A stretch of 64,000 bases of DNA from Geminicoccus sp. (GCA_002708995.1 PAPT01000031.1:7902-71901), one strand, 5' to 3'; positions 47,512 to 57,977 are shown, counted from the stretch's first letter. The notes: generated by a model from the letters alone, not told the origin. A program made the numbers and translations.

Positions 47512-49575
47512 ATGCGATCGACCTTTCGTGCCGTTGCCGGTTTCACCATGTTGTTGGGCTTTACCTTGGCCATTGCGGCCGTGGGTGCTTTCCTGATTTC
47601 TTCCCGATTTGAGAACAACCAGGCTGCCGGTGGGCGCGGGGGTGGTTTTTTCGGGTCTCAGGAGCCGACTTACACGGTGGATTTGCAGGTTTTTGAGGCT
47701 CAGGACTTCACCCCGATGATCACCGGCTTTGGCTCCATCTCCGCCGGTCGGACGGCAGATTTGCGCCCGCTGGTCAGTGGCTTGCTCGAGTCAAGCGCGC
47801 CAGCGCTGGTCGAGGGAGCCTTTATCCGCGAAGGCCAAACCCTGTTCAGCGTCGATGCCTTCGAATTTGACCTCGCCGTCAAGGATGCCGAAATTGCGCT
47901 CATCGACGCCCGGGTCCGGCTTGAGACCGCGCGCGCTGATCTCGCCGTCGAAATTGCTGCGTTCTTGCTGGCCGAAGACCAACTGGTGCTGAGCGAAGAA
48001 GACCTCGAACGTCAGCGCCAATTGCTCGATCAGGAAGTGGTTTCAGCCGCTGCAGTCGACAACGCCCAGAACGCCACGCTTGCAGCGCGTGCGAGCGTCG
48101 ATGCACGCCGGGCCAGTATCGCCCGATCAGAGGCCGCAGTCCCCACCGCCGAGCTGGCTGTCGAGCGGGCCAGCCTGAACATCGAGCGCGCCCGGCGGAA
48201 CCTCGAGAACACCACCCTGACAGCCCCTTTCGACGGCCTTGCGCAGAACGTCTCCTTCGCGCTGGGTCGGCAGGTCGGCAGCAACGATATCCTCGCGCGG
48301 CTGGTAGACCTGTCGCAGCTCGAACTGCGTTTTCAGCTCTCCGATGAGCAGCTGGGCGGTCTGATCAGCGCAGGTGGCAACCGCGACGCCCTGCGCGGGC
48401 TGCCGCTGACCCTGTCGTGGGATGTGGGCAGCCAGATCCTGACCTATGAGGCCGAGATAGACCGCACCGCCGTCGCCATCACCGAGAACCAGGGTGGGAT
48501 AGATATCTTTGCCCGGCTCAAAGACATCAATCCGGGCAATGTCCCGCCGGTGGGTGCGTTCATGGCCTACAGCTTCCCGGAACCAACGGTGAAGGGCGCC
48601 TTTGTCGTGCCGGCCGAGGCCGTCAGCCCGGCGGGTGAGATGTTCGCCGTCGATGACAGTAACCGCATTACGGTGTTTCGGGTCGACGTCCTGCGCCGAG
48701 TGGGCGATGTCACCTTGGTCGCCGGTGACGCCGTTCGACCCGGCGATGCTTTCGTGGCCCGTCGGTTCATCCAGCTGGGCGAGGGCACCAAGGTCAATCC
48801 AAACCGCCCTGAAATCCCTGAGCAGTTTGCCGACGCCCCTGCGCCGACCGGCGGTATCCCGGACACCGGTCCGGTCGAGCTGGATGCAACCCAGCAGGAC
48901 TGCATGCGGAGCCTGATTGCCGGGGCCGATGGCCTGCCCGACCGGGCGCGCGAGCGGATCACCGCCGCGATCGATGGTGGCACGATCGAGAATCCCCAGC
49001 GGCTCAAAGGCATGCAGGAGCGCATGGGGCTGGACATCGATTCCTGTTTCCCCTCGCCAGAAGTGGCCGCGCTGGCTGAGGCTGATCCGGGCGGGTTCCC
49101 GACCGGCGATGGACCGGTTGATCTGACCCCAGAGCAGCAATCCTGCCTGATCGAGCTGGTCGAGAACTCCGACCTGCCCGCCACGCCCAAGGGCTTCATC
49201 ATTCCTGCGCTCGAACGCGGGTCCATTCAGGATCCGTCCCGGATGGCCGGTCTCAAGGAGCGCGCCGGGATCGATCTGGACAGCTGCTTTCCGGCCTCCC
49301 AACCCGCCGCCGATCCTGAGGTGGCCGCGGTGACTGAGACTGATCCGGGCGGGTTCCCGACCGGCGATGGACCCGTTGATCTGACCCCAGAGCAGCAATC
49401 CTGCCTGATCGAGCTGGTCGACAACTCCGACCTGCCCGCCACGCCCAAGGGCTTCATCATTCCCGCACTCGAACGCGGGTCCATTCAGGATCCGTCCCGG
49501 ATGGCCGGTCTCAAGGAGCGCGCCGGGATCGATCTGGATAGCTGCTTTCCCCCATCCCTGCCGGTTGCAGGCTGA
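47512..49575 (+). CDS. RND efflux periplasmic adaptor (membrane fusion protein) with a C-terminal triple-repeat extension
   Basis: ORF 47488..49575 with ATG at 47512. N-terminal anchor FTMLLGFTLAIAAVGAFLI, then HlyD-like coiled-coil and beta-barrel regions up to about residue 450. After that come three copies of a Cys-containing module of about 60-85 aa that is not part of known adaptors. Immediately followed by an RND permease gene. Confidence 0.75.
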   Translation: MRSTFRAVAGFTMLLGFTLAIAAVGAFLISSRFENNQAAGGRGGGFFGSQEPTYTVDLQVFEAQDFTPMITGFGSISAGRTADLRPLVSGLLESSAPALVEGAFIREGQTLFSVDAFEFDLAVKDAEIALIDARVRLETARADLAVEIAAFLLAEDQLVLSEEDLERQRQLLDQEVVSAAAVDNAQNATLAARASVDARRASIARSEAAVPTAELAVERASLNIERARRNLENTTLTAPFDGLAQNVSFALGRQVGSNDILARLVDLSQLELRFQLSDEQLGGLISAGGNRDALRGLPLTLSWDVGSQILTYEAEIDRTAVAITENQGGIDIFARLKDINPGNVPPVGAFMAYSFPEPTVKGAFVVPAEAVSPAGEMFAVDDSNRITVFRVDVLRRVGDVTLVAGDAVRPGDAFVARRFIQLGEGTKVNPNRPEIPEQFADAPAPTGGIPDTGPVELDATQQDCMRSLIAGADGLPDRARERITAAIDGGTIENPQRLKGMQERMGLDIDSCFPSPEVAALAEADPGGFPTGDGPVDLTPEQQSCLIELVENSDLPATPKGFIIPALERGSIQDPSRMAGLKERAGIDLDSCFPASQPAADPEVAAVTETDPGGFPTGDGPVDLTPEQQSCLIELVDNSDLPATPKGFIIPALERGSIQDPSRMAGLKERAGIDLDSCFPPSLPVAG
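48850..49560 (+). repeat. in-frame tandem direct repeats inside the adaptor gene (period about 258 bp, last two copies about 98% identical)
   Basis: 49083-49296 and 49341-49554 differ at only a few positions (for example gagaactcc vs gacaactcc, and gatctggacagc vs gatctggatagc). A more diverged copy lies at about 48850-49060. Each copy encodes GGFPTGDGPVDLTPEQQSCLIELV.NSDLPATPKGFIIPALERGSIQDPSRMAGLKERAGIDLDSCFP. Confidence 0.85.
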
Positions 49576-49590
49576 GGGAGACGCCGAACC

Positions 49591-52500
49591 ATGGCACTGA
49601 CCGCTTACCGCCCCGAACGCCCCGAAGTCATCCGCGACACCGACGTGGAGAAGGGCATTATCGCCGCCTTTGCCCGTCATGGCACGGCGGCCAACATCCT
49701 GATGATGCTGATGATCGCGGCGGGGATCTGGGCTTTCTTCAACCTGCGCACCCAATTCTTCCCGGACTTCGTGCAGGAGCGCATTACCGTCAACGTCAGC
49801 TGGCCCGATGCGCCAGCAGCCTCGGTCGACGAGGCGATTGTGCAGGTGCTCGAGCCCGAAGTGCGTTTTCTTGAAAACGTCGACTCAGTCTTTGCCTCGG
49901 CGAACGACAACGCGGCTGTGTTCTCGCTGCTGTTCAAGACCGGCACCGATATGGAGCAGGCGCTGGCCAACGTGACCTCGGCTGTCGACGCGGTCGAGAA
50001 CAGCTTTCCTGAAGACGCCGCCGATGCCCGTATCCGGGTGTCAGCCTTCCGCGACCCCGTTTCGTCGATCCTGATCGCCGGACCGGTGTCGCAGTACGGC
50101 CTGAAGACCATCGCCGAGCGCATGCGCGACGACCTGCTGAACCGTGGCCTGCTCGAAGTCAACGTGCAGGGCGCCCGCAATCCGGAGATCGAGGTCGAGG
50201 TCGATGAATCCGCCCTGCGACGGCTGGGCCTGACCCCGGCCGACGTTTCCGCCGCCATTGCCCGCCGGGCCAATGATCTGCCCGCAGGGACGCTGGGCGG
50301 GGAGCGGGCGGTGCGCACGGTGGGCACCGAAGCCAGCGCCGACAGCATCGCGGACTCGCCGATCCGCGCTGAGCCCGACGGCACCGTGATCCGCGTCGGC
50401 GACGTGGCGCAGGTCACTGAATCCGTCCCCGACACCGGCCGCTCCATCTACTTCCAGGGCGAGCCGGCCATCTCGCTGCAGATCCGGCGTGGGCCGGAGG
50501 GCGATGCTATCCGCCAGCAGGCCGTGATCCGCGAGTACCTCGAAGAGATCCGGCCGACCCTTCCCACCAACATCACCATTGAGAATTACGATGTCCGCGC
50601 CGACCTGATCCTCGGCCGGGTGCTGCTGCTGCGCGATAACGCGTTCTACGGCGTGCTGATCGTGCTCGCATTCCTGTTCATGTTCCTCAACATGCGCACG
50701 GCGTTCTGGATCGCCGTCGGGATTCCGGTGTCGATCGCTGCGACGCTGGGGGTCATGTGGGCGCTGGGCCTGTCGATCAACATGTTCACGCTGTTCGCGC
50801 TGATCCTGTCGCTGGGGATTATCGTCGATGATGCCATTGTGGTGGGGGAGTACGCCGACTTCCTGCACCAGCAGGGCTACAAGCCCGCCAAGGCGGCCAT
50901 CATCGGGGCCAAGCGCATGATTGGGCCGGTGGTCGCCGCCGCGACCACCACCATCGTCGCCTTCGGGGTGCTGTATTTCCTGCCCGGCCGGCTGGGGTCG
51001 ATCGCCAGCGATATCCCGGTGACGGTGGTTGCGGTGCTGATCGCCTCGCTAATCGAGTGTTTCCTCGTCCTGCCCGGGCATATGTACCACGCCCTCAAGC
51101 AGCGGGAGCGTGCCGAGCGACGCCTGCGCTCGGGCAATGGCCACCCGACGCCGGTCAACGCTGCGATTGCGGGCTTACGCACCCGCTTTGACGCCGGCTT
51201 CGAGTATGTGCGGCTGCGCCTGTTCCGGCCCATGGTCGCCTTCTTCGTCTGGGCGCGCTATCCGCTGCTGGTCGGGGGGCTGGTGATTTTCGTCTACGCC
51301 ATTGCCATGGTGATGACCGGCTCGCCGCGGTGGTCTTTCTTCATCCGACCCGAGAACAATGCGGTTAACGTCAACCTCACCATGGTCGAGGGCGCGACCC
51401 GCGCCGACACGCTCGAGCAGCTGATGATGGCCGAGACCTACGTGCCCGAGCTGATCCGCGACGCCCGCACCAGCCATCTTTCCAACATGCAGCGCGAGCT
51501 GGGCGACATGGCAGACGGGGCCTGGTACTCCTGGCCCAAGCGCCAGTACGACCAGCGCGTGCTCGCCGCCAAGATCGAGCGCCTTGAAGAGCGGATCGAG
51601 AGTGTGCCACCCGAGGACGACGTGGTGGTGATCTTCAGCCAGGTCGGCGCGCGCGGCGGCTTTGGTTTCGGCGGCACCGGCTCAGTCTCCGACCCCGACC
51701 TGCTGGGCAATGTCCGGGTCGAGCTGGTCGAGCAGGATACCCGCATCTACGGCACCCGCTCGCTGTTCTTCGGCTTGCAGTCGATCCCCAAGCACCCCAA
51801 GCTCGAAGGGCTTGCTTCGCGCCGCTCTTTCGGCGGGGGCGATGCCTCCTCGATTTCAGTGGCACTGGTCGGCGGTGAGACCGAGCAGCTCAAGGCCGCA
51901 GCGCTGCAGCTCTCGGCCTTCCTCAATGGCATCGAAGGGGTCTCCGAGGCTGAGGACGACACGCCCTATGGCACCACGCAGCTGGTCGCGCAGGTCTCTG
52001 ACCGCGGCGCGGCGCTGGGATTTGACGCAAGCAGTGTTGGCCAGCAGCTGCGCGCGTGGATCAGCGGTGAGACGGCCGTCAATCTGGTCCGCGACGACGG
52101 CGAGATATCGGTGACGGTCAAGGTCGATGAAGCCGTGCAGACCGCTAACTTCCTCGCCGGGCTCGACCTCTATACTCCTGCGGGCACGCCGGTGAAGCTC
52201 AGTCACGTGGTCGATTTCACCGAAATTGCCGGTTTCTCCCTGATCCAGTCCCGCGACGGCGCGCGCCGGATCACTGTGCAAGCCGAACTCAACGAAGACA
52301 CAGGCAACGTCGGTGATGTCGAAGCCCGCCTGCGCGAAATCGGTGCTATCGGCGCGCTGGAAGGTGACTTCGGCGTGCAGGTCGCCTTCGAAGGCGAAGC
52401 CGAGGAAGAGCGCGAATTCCTGATTGGCTTCCGCAACGTGCTGATCATCGCCATGGCGCTGATCTTCCTGACGCTGGCGTGGGTGTTCCAGTCATTCTTC

Positions 52501-53025
52501 CGGCCGTTGATCGTCATGGCGATCATCCCACTGGGCTTCGTCGGGATGATCTTTGGCCACCTGATCCACGGGCAGGTGCTGAGCTTCCTGTCGCTGATCG
52601 GATTTGTCGGCCTGACCGGGATTATCGTCAACGACAGCATCGTGCTGATAAGCACCATCGAGCGGCGGGCGCGGCACCAGCCGGTGCGAAACGCCATCCT
52701 CGACGGCGCTGCCGACCGGCTGCGCCCGGTGCTGCTGACCTCGCTGACCACCATTGGTGGACTGATGCCGCTGCTGTTCGAGACCTCGGTACAGGCGCAG
52801 TTCCTGATCCCGCCGTCGCTGACCATCGTCTACGGCCTTGGGTTGGGAACGATCGTGGTGCTGGTGCTGGCCCCGGCGCTGTTCGCCGTGCAGCACGACA
52901 TCACCTCATCGCTGCGTTCGGCCACGGTGGTCATCAACCGGATGCTGAGCACGCGCAGACCGCGCTTCGCCTCGACCGTGCAACCGGTTACGGCCGATCC
53001 TTCGCTGGCCGACGAAGGCGCCTGA
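49591..53025 (+). CDS. RND efflux transporter permease (AcrB/HAE1-like)
   Basis: 1144 aa. Twelve-TM RND topology with two large periplasmic loops. Conserved TM4 region GIIVDDAIVV. Follows the adaptor gene with a 15-bp spacer. Confidence 0.85.
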   Translation: MALTAYRPERPEVIRDTDVEKGIIAAFARHGTAANILMMLMIAAGIWAFFNLRTQFFPDFVQERITVNVSWPDAPAASVDEAIVQVLEPEVRFLENVDSVFASANDNAAVFSLLFKTGTDMEQALANVTSAVDAVENSFPEDAADARIRVSAFRDPVSSILIAGPVSQYGLKTIAERMRDDLLNRGLLEVNVQGARNPEIEVEVDESALRRLGLTPADVSAAIARRANDLPAGTLGGERAVRTVGTEASADSIADSPIRAEPDGTVIRVGDVAQVTESVPDTGRSIYFQGEPAISLQIRRGPEGDAIRQQAVIREYLEEIRPTLPTNITIENYDVRADLILGRVLLLRDNAFYGVLIVLAFLFMFLNMRTAFWIAVGIPVSIAATLGVMWALGLSINMFTLFALILSLGIIVDDAIVVGEYADFLHQQGYKPAKAAIIGAKRMIGPVVAAATTTIVAFGVLYFLPGRLGSIASDIPVTVVAVLIASLIECFLVLPGHMYHALKQRERAERRLRSGNGHPTPVNAAIAGLRTRFDAGFEYVRLRLFRPMVAFFVWARYPLLVGGLVIFVYAIAMVMTGSPRWSFFIRPENNAVNVNLTMVEGATRADTLEQLMMAETYVPELIRDARTSHLSNMQRELGDMADGAWYSWPKRQYDQRVLAAKIERLEERIESVPPEDDVVVIFSQVGARGGFGFGGTGSVSDPDLLGNVRVELVEQDTRIYGTRSLFFGLQSIPKHPKLEGLASRRSFGGGDASSISVALVGGETEQLKAAALQLSAFLNGIEGVSEAEDDTPYGTTQLVAQVSDRGAALGFDASSVGQQLRAWISGETAVNLVRDDGEISVTVKVDEAVQTANFLAGLDLYTPAGTPVKLSHVVDFTEIAGFSLIQSRDGARRITVQAELNEDTGNVGDVEARLREIGAIGALEGDFGVQVAFEGEAEEEREFLIGFRNVLIIAMALIFLTLAWVFQSFFRPLIVMAIIPLGFVGMIFGHLIHGQVLSFLSLIGFVGLTGIIVNDSIVLISTIERRARHQPVRNAILDGAADRLRPVLLTSLTTIGGLMPLLFETSVQAQFLIPPSLTIVYGLGLGTIVVLVLAPALFAVQHDITSSLRSATVVINRMLSTRRPRFASTVQPVTADPSLADEGA

Positions 53026-53026
53026 T

Positions 53027-54010
53027 ATGGTCGACCACCGCTTCAAGTGGGATGCCCACGTCTGCCTGCCGATCTCGGTGGCGACAGACGTGAGCGACCT
53101 GCTGGCGTACCTGCGCGCCGGGGTTGATTTCATCTCGCTGAACATCGGCATGTGCATGAATCCCCTGTCGCAGATCGGCCCGGTTATCGACCACTTCACC
53201 GCCGCCATCGCCGCCACACCGGGGCTGAAGCTGGTCGGCTCTGTCGACGATCTGGAACCGGGCGTCACCGGCGTCGCCTTCGATCTGGAAGGCGCCCGTC
53301 CGCTACAGGGCCGGGCCGAAGCCGTCGCCACCTTCCACGCGCAGGGCGTGCGCATGATGCATCTGGCCTACAACCGCAACAACGAGGTCGCCGGGGGTTG
53401 CCACGACGGACCCATGGGGCTGACCGAACTGGGCCACGACGTGGTCGCCGAAGCCAACCGCCTCGGCATTCTGCTCGACCTGTCACACACCGGTGAGGCG
53501 TCGTCCTTCGACATCATCGCTGCCTCGACCCGGCCGGTGGTTTATAGCCACGCCAACGCCGCCGCCCTGCACGGGCACGCCCGCAACATCTCTAACGCAC
53601 AGATGCGCGCGGTCGCCGCGACCGGCGGCGTGGTCTGCCCGACCGGGGTCGGGAAGTTCATGGGGCTGGACCGGGCGCCCACGGCGCAGGACATGCTACC
53701 CTACATCGATCACGCGCTGGCCACCGCCGGCGAGGAGCACGTCGGCCTTGGGTCGGACATGTGGTTCGGACAGGACGGGGTGGACGAGACCCCGCCACCC
53801 GATCCGGCGACCGGGCAGGACTTCGACCCGCATTACTGGTGGCCCGAAGCCTTCGACTATGACCACAGCGCGAGCGCCATCGGCGGGGGCTATCTTGCTC
53901 CCGAGGAATGGGACGTGCTGCCGGGGCTGCTGGACGATCATCTTGGCCCCCGGATCGCTGACAAGGTGCTGGGGCATAACATGCGGCGTGTGGCGGCCGA
54001 GGTCTGGTGA
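53027..54010 (+). CDS. membrane dipeptidase family protein (peptidase M19-like)
   Basis: 327 aa. TIM-barrel dipeptidase blocks (...GVRMMHLAYNRNNEV..., DLSHTGE, VYSHANA...). Begins 2 nt after the RND stop. Confidence 0.65.
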   Translation: MVDHRFKWDAHVCLPISVATDVSDLLAYLRAGVDFISLNIGMCMNPLSQIGPVIDHFTAAIAATPGLKLVGSVDDLEPGVTGVAFDLEGARPLQGRAEAVATFHAQGVRMMHLAYNRNNEVAGGCHDGPMGLTELGHDVVAEANRLGILLDLSHTGEASSFDIIAASTRPVVYSHANAAALHGHARNISNAQMRAVAATGGVVCPTGVGKFMGLDRAPTAQDMLPYIDHALATAGEEHVGLGSDMWFGQDGVDETPPPDPATGQDFDPHYWWPEAFDYDHSASAIGGGYLAPEEWDVLPGLLDDHLGPRIADKVLGHNMRRVAAEVW

Positions 54011-54088
54011 ACCGGGTTTTGGTCAGGTGGGCAAACATGCTAGGTCTGCGCGTCCCCGAAACAGCGCCCACCAGCCGGATATCCGCCC

Positions 54089-54970
54089 GTGTTTGACCCC
54101 CGCCGCCACGCCGTCCGCCCCGACCTCGCCGACAGCCGCCTTGCCGACCTGCTGCCGGAGGATCATGCGGTCGTTGACGGCGCGCTGGAGCAGGTCAGCG
54201 CCCCAGTCGTGCCGATTTTCGCTCAGCCCGATGCCCGCGCCGAGCGCGCCAGCGAAGCGCTTCTGGGCGAGCGGGTGATGGTGTTCGAGGACCGGGACGG
54301 CTTTTCGTGGTGCCAGCTGCAGGCCGACGGCACCGTAGGCTACATCCCCACCGCTGCGCTTTCCCCGGATATCGCCGCGCCGAGCCACCGGCTGGGGGCG
54401 CTGCGCAGCTTTGTCTATGCGACCTCTGACCTGCACGGCACCGTTTCCGCAGCGCTGTCCATGGGCAGCGAAGTCCGGGTCGAGGAACAAGACGGAGACT
54501 TCAGCCGTATCGGCCCGGATGAGTGGGTCTTCACCGGCCATCTGCTGGCGGCAGATGACGTCGCTGATGATCCGGTGACGGTGGCGGCAATGTTCCTGCA
54601 CACGCCCTACCTTCGCGGTGGACGCTCGTCGCTGGGGTTGGATTGCTCGGCGCTGGTGCAGCGCGCTTTTGCTGCCTGTGGCCGTGCCTTGCCACGGGAC
54701 AGCGATATGCAGGCGGGCGATGCGCTCGACTGGCTCGATGACAGCCTCGGTGCGGATTGGCAGGAAGCCAGCGAGGGGGCTGGCACGGCGCTCCAGCGCT
54801 GCGATCTGCTGTTCTGGGATGGCCATGTCGGGCTGATGGTGGATGAAAAGCACCTGATACACGCCAGCGCCGACGCCATGGCCGTGGTGACCGAGTCGAT
54901 GGCACAAGCGGTCGCGAGGATAGAAGCTGCTGGCGCAGGCTTGCCGACCTTGGTGCGCCGTCCCATTTAG
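54089..54970 (+). CDS. NlpC/P60 (C40) family peptidase with N-terminal SH3-like region
   Basis: GTG start. Catalytic Cys in GLDCSALVQ, His in DGHVGLMVDE...HAS. The N-terminal half resembles bacterial SH3 domains. Confidence 0.7.
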   Translation: MFDPRRHAVRPDLADSRLADLLPEDHAVVDGALEQVSAPVVPIFAQPDARAERASEALLGERVMVFEDRDGFSWCQLQADGTVGYIPTAALSPDIAAPSHRLGALRSFVYATSDLHGTVSAALSMGSEVRVEEQDGDFSRIGPDEWVFTGHLLAADDVADDPVTVAAMFLHTPYLRGGRSSLGLDCSALVQRAFAACGRALPRDSDMQAGDALDWLDDSLGADWQEASEGAGTALQRCDLLFWDGHVGLMVDEKHLIHASADAMAVVTESMAQAVARIEAAGAGLPTLVRRPI

Positions 54971-55313
54971 CCCGGGACGGTTGGCCTGTTCCCAGGCCTA
55001 TTCAGGCCAGACGACCGCAATCGCCGCCGACATATCCCAGCGGAAAATGACGTAGTGCCCGACGGCAAGCGGACGGCTGTGGTCAACCACGCCGTCCTTC
55101 TGCAGCTCGGCGCTGTCCGCGCGCGTCACCGAGGCGTTGGCGAGGTCGGCGTCTATCACCGCCCAGCCCCAGCGCGGCTAGCGCGGCGCCCGAGGCTGCG
55201 TGCCTCAGCAGCTTTCTGTGGTCGAGCATGGTCAATCTTTCTAAGAAGAGAATTCGTTACAAGTTATATAACCATAGGATGATTTGGGAAGGCTGAAGTT
55301 CGGTGGGGCCGTT

Positions 55314-56291
55314 TCAGTCGAAGGAAAACAGCGCGTGGGTGCTCGAATAGTGCTCGAACACCGGCGCGTCGTCGCTGCGGTCGGGCATGGCTTCGCGCTG
55401 GCCTTCAAGCCCCGCAAAGTCGAACAAGGCGCTGTCGGCCAGCTGCGAGGGGCGGATGTCCTGCATGGCGTGGAAGATGGTATCGAGCCGACCGGGGTTG
55501 GCGCGCTCCCAGTTCTGCAGCATGGCCTTGATCTGCGCGCGCTCCGCCTGGGGCTGGGTGCCGCAGAGGGTACAGGGGATGATCGGGTATTCCATGCCGC
55601 GCGCGAACTTGGCGATATCGGCTTCGGCGCAGTAGGCCAGCGGCCGGATCACCACGTGCCGCCGGTCGTCGGTCAGCAGCTTGGGCGGCATGCCCTTAAG
55701 CCGGGCGGCGTGGAAGAGGTTGAGGAACAGCGTCTCAACCATATCATTGCGGTGGTGGCCGAGCGCGATCTTAGTTGCCCCGAGCTCCTCGGCGGTGCGG
55801 TAGATCACCCCGCGGCGCAGGCGCGAACACAGGGAGCAGGCGACCCTGTCCGCCGGAATCTTCTCCTGCACGATCGAATAGGTATCGGCCTCGATGATCC
55901 GGTACTCGATCCCCAGCTTGTCGAGGAAGCGCGGCAGCACCTCGGCGGGAAAGCCCGGCTGCTTCTGGTCGAGGTTCATAGCGATCAGCTCGAACGACAC
56001 CGGCGCCCGGCGCTGCAGCTCGCTGAGCAGGGTCAGCAGGGTGTAGCTGTCCTTACCGCCGCTGAGGCAGACCATGATGCGGTCGCCGTCCTGAATCATG
56101 CTGTAGTCGGCGATAGCCTTGCCCATTTCGCGCGCCAGCCGCCTGTGCAGGCGCTTGAAGTTGGTGCTGCTGCGGGAAATGCGCGGCTGATCGGGCGCAG
56201 CGCCGTTTTCAGCGCTGTGTCCAGAGCCGGCATCCGCGCCGCTAGTTGTGGCGGGTGCCGCCGCGTCTGGTGTGGTGTGGTCGAGGTCCAT
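55314..56291 (-). CDS. ttcA: tRNA 2-thiocytidine(32) synthetase TtcA
   Basis: Real start is the ATG at 56291 (MDLDHTTP...) inside ORF 55314..56585, which runs through the tRNA. PP-loop SGGKDS, CxxC pairs ([16 protein letters not shown]). Low-complexity N-terminal tail. Confidence 0.85.
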   Translation of the reverse strand: MDLDHTTPDAAAPATTSGADAGSGHSAENGAAPDQPRISRSSTNFKRLHRRLAREMGKAIADYSMIQDGDRIMVCLSGGKDSYTLLTLLSELQRRAPVSFELIAMNLDQKQPGFPAEVLPRFLDKLGIEYRIIEADTYSIVQEKIPADRVACSLCSRLRRGVIYRTAEELGATKIALGHHRNDMVETLFLNLFHAARLKGMPPKLLTDDRRHVVIRPLAYCAEADIAKFARGMEYPIIPCTLCGTQPQAERAQIKAMLQNWERANPGRLDTIFHAMQDIRPSQLADSALFDFAGLEGQREAMPDRSDDAPVFEHYSSTHALFSFD

Positions 56292-56473
56292 GGCCCGCAA
56301 TCTAGCTCGAAGCCACCAGAGACAAAAGACCAGCCCGCGCGCAGGGGCGTTGCGGCGGCGCCGTGCTGTGCGTTCTGCCTGCACGTTTTGCCTGCACGTT
56401 CTGGGCGCGGGCAGGGGACAGGAAGGGCGTAGAAACGTTCCGAGAATTGAACATGCAGAGAGATGGGGGGGAA

Positions 56474-56549
56474 TGGTGGGCGATGACAGGCTCGAACTGC
56501 CGACCCTCTCGGTGTAAACGAGATGCTCTACCAACTGAGCTAATCGCCC
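56474..56549 (-). tRNA. tRNA-Val (anticodon UAC)
   Basis: Reverse complement GGGCGATTAGCTCAGTTGGTAGAGCATCTCGTTTACACCGAGAGGGTCGGCAGTTCGAGCCTGTCATCGCCCACCA. Acceptor 7 bp, D-arm, anticodon loop TTTACAC (TAC), T-loop TTCGAGC, CCA encoded. Confidence 0.85.
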
Positions 56550-56680
56550 ATTCCCGCTACGGCCTGCCACAGGGGCGGACGCCATTGGTGGAGGCGGGTT
56601 TACTCCGGCCTGCGCGGGCCTTCAAGTCATAACTTTCGCTCGCACTGCGAACTTGCCATGCACGCGCTCGATGGCGGGGA

Positions 56681-57757
56681 TTATGGGGCACCGTCGCCCG
56701 GGCTGTCCGGATCGCCCGGATTGCTCCGGTCGCGCTTGGGTGGATTGCCCAGCGGCATCAGCGTCAGCACGAAGAACATGCGGTAGAGGTGGTGCAGCGT
56801 GACAAAGGCAACTTCATAGCCCAGCGCCACCGCGAGCAGCGACAGTTCCGAGGCGCCCCCCGCCGAGACTGAGATGAAGCTGCGGGCGAAGGGCTGCCCG
56901 GTGAGAAGGCTGAACAGCCACGCCCCCACCGCCGCGCATAGCAGCATGAACAGCGCCACGCCATAGGCCATGGGGATGTAACGCCACAGCTTGGCGAAGC
57001 TCACCTGCGCCATGCGCGCGCCGATGGAACTGCCAAGGATAACCTGCAGCACCGCCACCCCCTCGAAGGGGCGCTCGAAGGGCAGCACCCCCAGCGCCGC
57101 CCACAGCGCGCTGAGCAGCATGGGGCCGAGCAAGAAGGCGAGCGGAAAGCGCAGCGCGCGTCCGGCGAGCACCCCGACGATGGCGATCACCGGGTACTGC
57201 ACCCAGGTCAGCCAGTGGGTCTGCCACAGGTGGGTCTGGCCGCCAGGCAGGCTCTGGCCGTCGAAATCCTCGACCAACAGCCACACCACCAGCGGCGAGG
57301 CGATGAACACGGTCGACACCCGGATCAGGTGGATCAGCGCGACAACGTAGTCTTTGTCGGTGTAGTCTTTGGCAATGGCGATCACCTCAGACAGGCCCGC
57401 AGGCTGGGCGGAGAACCAGGCGGTGGCGCGGTCGAGCTTGCACAGGCGCAGGAAGCCGTAGGTCCCCCAGACCATGACCATGGACACGGTGGAGACCAGC
57501 AGCAGGCTCGGCCACCACTGCGGGATCTGCTGCACCAGCGACGGCGTGACGTAGGAGCCGAGCACGACCCCGACCAGCGCCAGCGCGCCCTGCCGGATGC
57601 GGTGCACAGAGTCCATGAGGCGGGAGAGGGGGCGGATCAGCCCGCCGACCACCCAGCAGCAGACCACCGAGCCGAGCATGAACGGCGCGGGCAGGTTGAG
57701 GGCGAAGAACAGAAGTCCGCCCGCCCCGCCGAGGGCAAAGGTCGCAAGGATTCCCAT
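56681..57757 (-). CDS. AbrB-family (putative ammonia monooxygenase-like) duplicated membrane protein
   Basis: 358 aa with about 10 TM helices. Internal duplication typical of the AbrB/TIGR03082 membrane family. Confidence 0.65.
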   Translation of the reverse strand: MGILATFALGGAGGLLFFALNLPAPFMLGSVVCCWVVGGLIRPLSRLMDSVHRIRQGALALVGVVLGSYVTPSLVQQIPQWWPSLLLVSTVSMVMVWGTYGFLRLCKLDRATAWFSAQPAGLSEVIAIAKDYTDKDYVVALIHLIRVSTVFIASPLVVWLLVEDFDGQSLPGGQTHLWQTHWLTWVQYPVIAIVGVLAGRALRFPLAFLLGPMLLSALWAALGVLPFERPFEGVAVLQVILGSSIGARMAQVSFAKLWRYIPMAYGVALFMLLCAAVGAWLFSLLTGQPFARSFISVSAGGASELSLLAVALGYEVAFVTLHHLYRMFFVLTLMPLGNPPKRDRSNPGDPDSPGDGAP

Positions 57758-57977
57758 GCTGGTGTCCGGGCCTGCCTTGGTTGTTTGTTGGCGTTGCTTG
57801 CGTTGCTGGCGCTGCCGCTGATGCAGGTCGGTCGCCGTTGGACGGGCGACGGTGCTGGATTAGGTCTGCGCGCTTCCGCGGGCTTTGTCACTTGCTGTGC
57901 GGGAATGGGAGAGGCGATGGAGTGGCTTTGCAGGCCTTTTGGACCGGCTGCATCGGTTCACGGCTAGCCCGCAAATG

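Noticed and set aside
48127-49755. 542-aa minus-strand ORF plus repeat-like minus ORFs at 48567..49226 and 49227..49484
   Set aside because: Antisense to the adaptor gene. The apparent internal repetition (MDPRSSAGMMKPLGVAGRSE... twice) simply mirrors the sense-strand tandem repeat.
54990-55230. Possible small minus-strand gene remnant between the NlpC/P60 and ttcA genes
   Set aside because: Translation gives MLDHRKLLRHAASGAALAALGLGG... (signal-like) and then shifts frame to ...DADLANASVTRADSAELQKDGVVDHSRPLAVGHYVIFRWDMSAAIAVVWPE. It needs a frameshift and both pieces are under 60 aa. It could be a decayed small secreted protein gene or noise. Insufficient evidence.
56363-56632. 89-aa plus ORF and the 5' 98 codons of ORF 55314..56585
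   Set aside because: Both overlap the tRNA-Val gene at 56474..56549. ttcA starts at the ATG at 56291, downstream of the tRNA.
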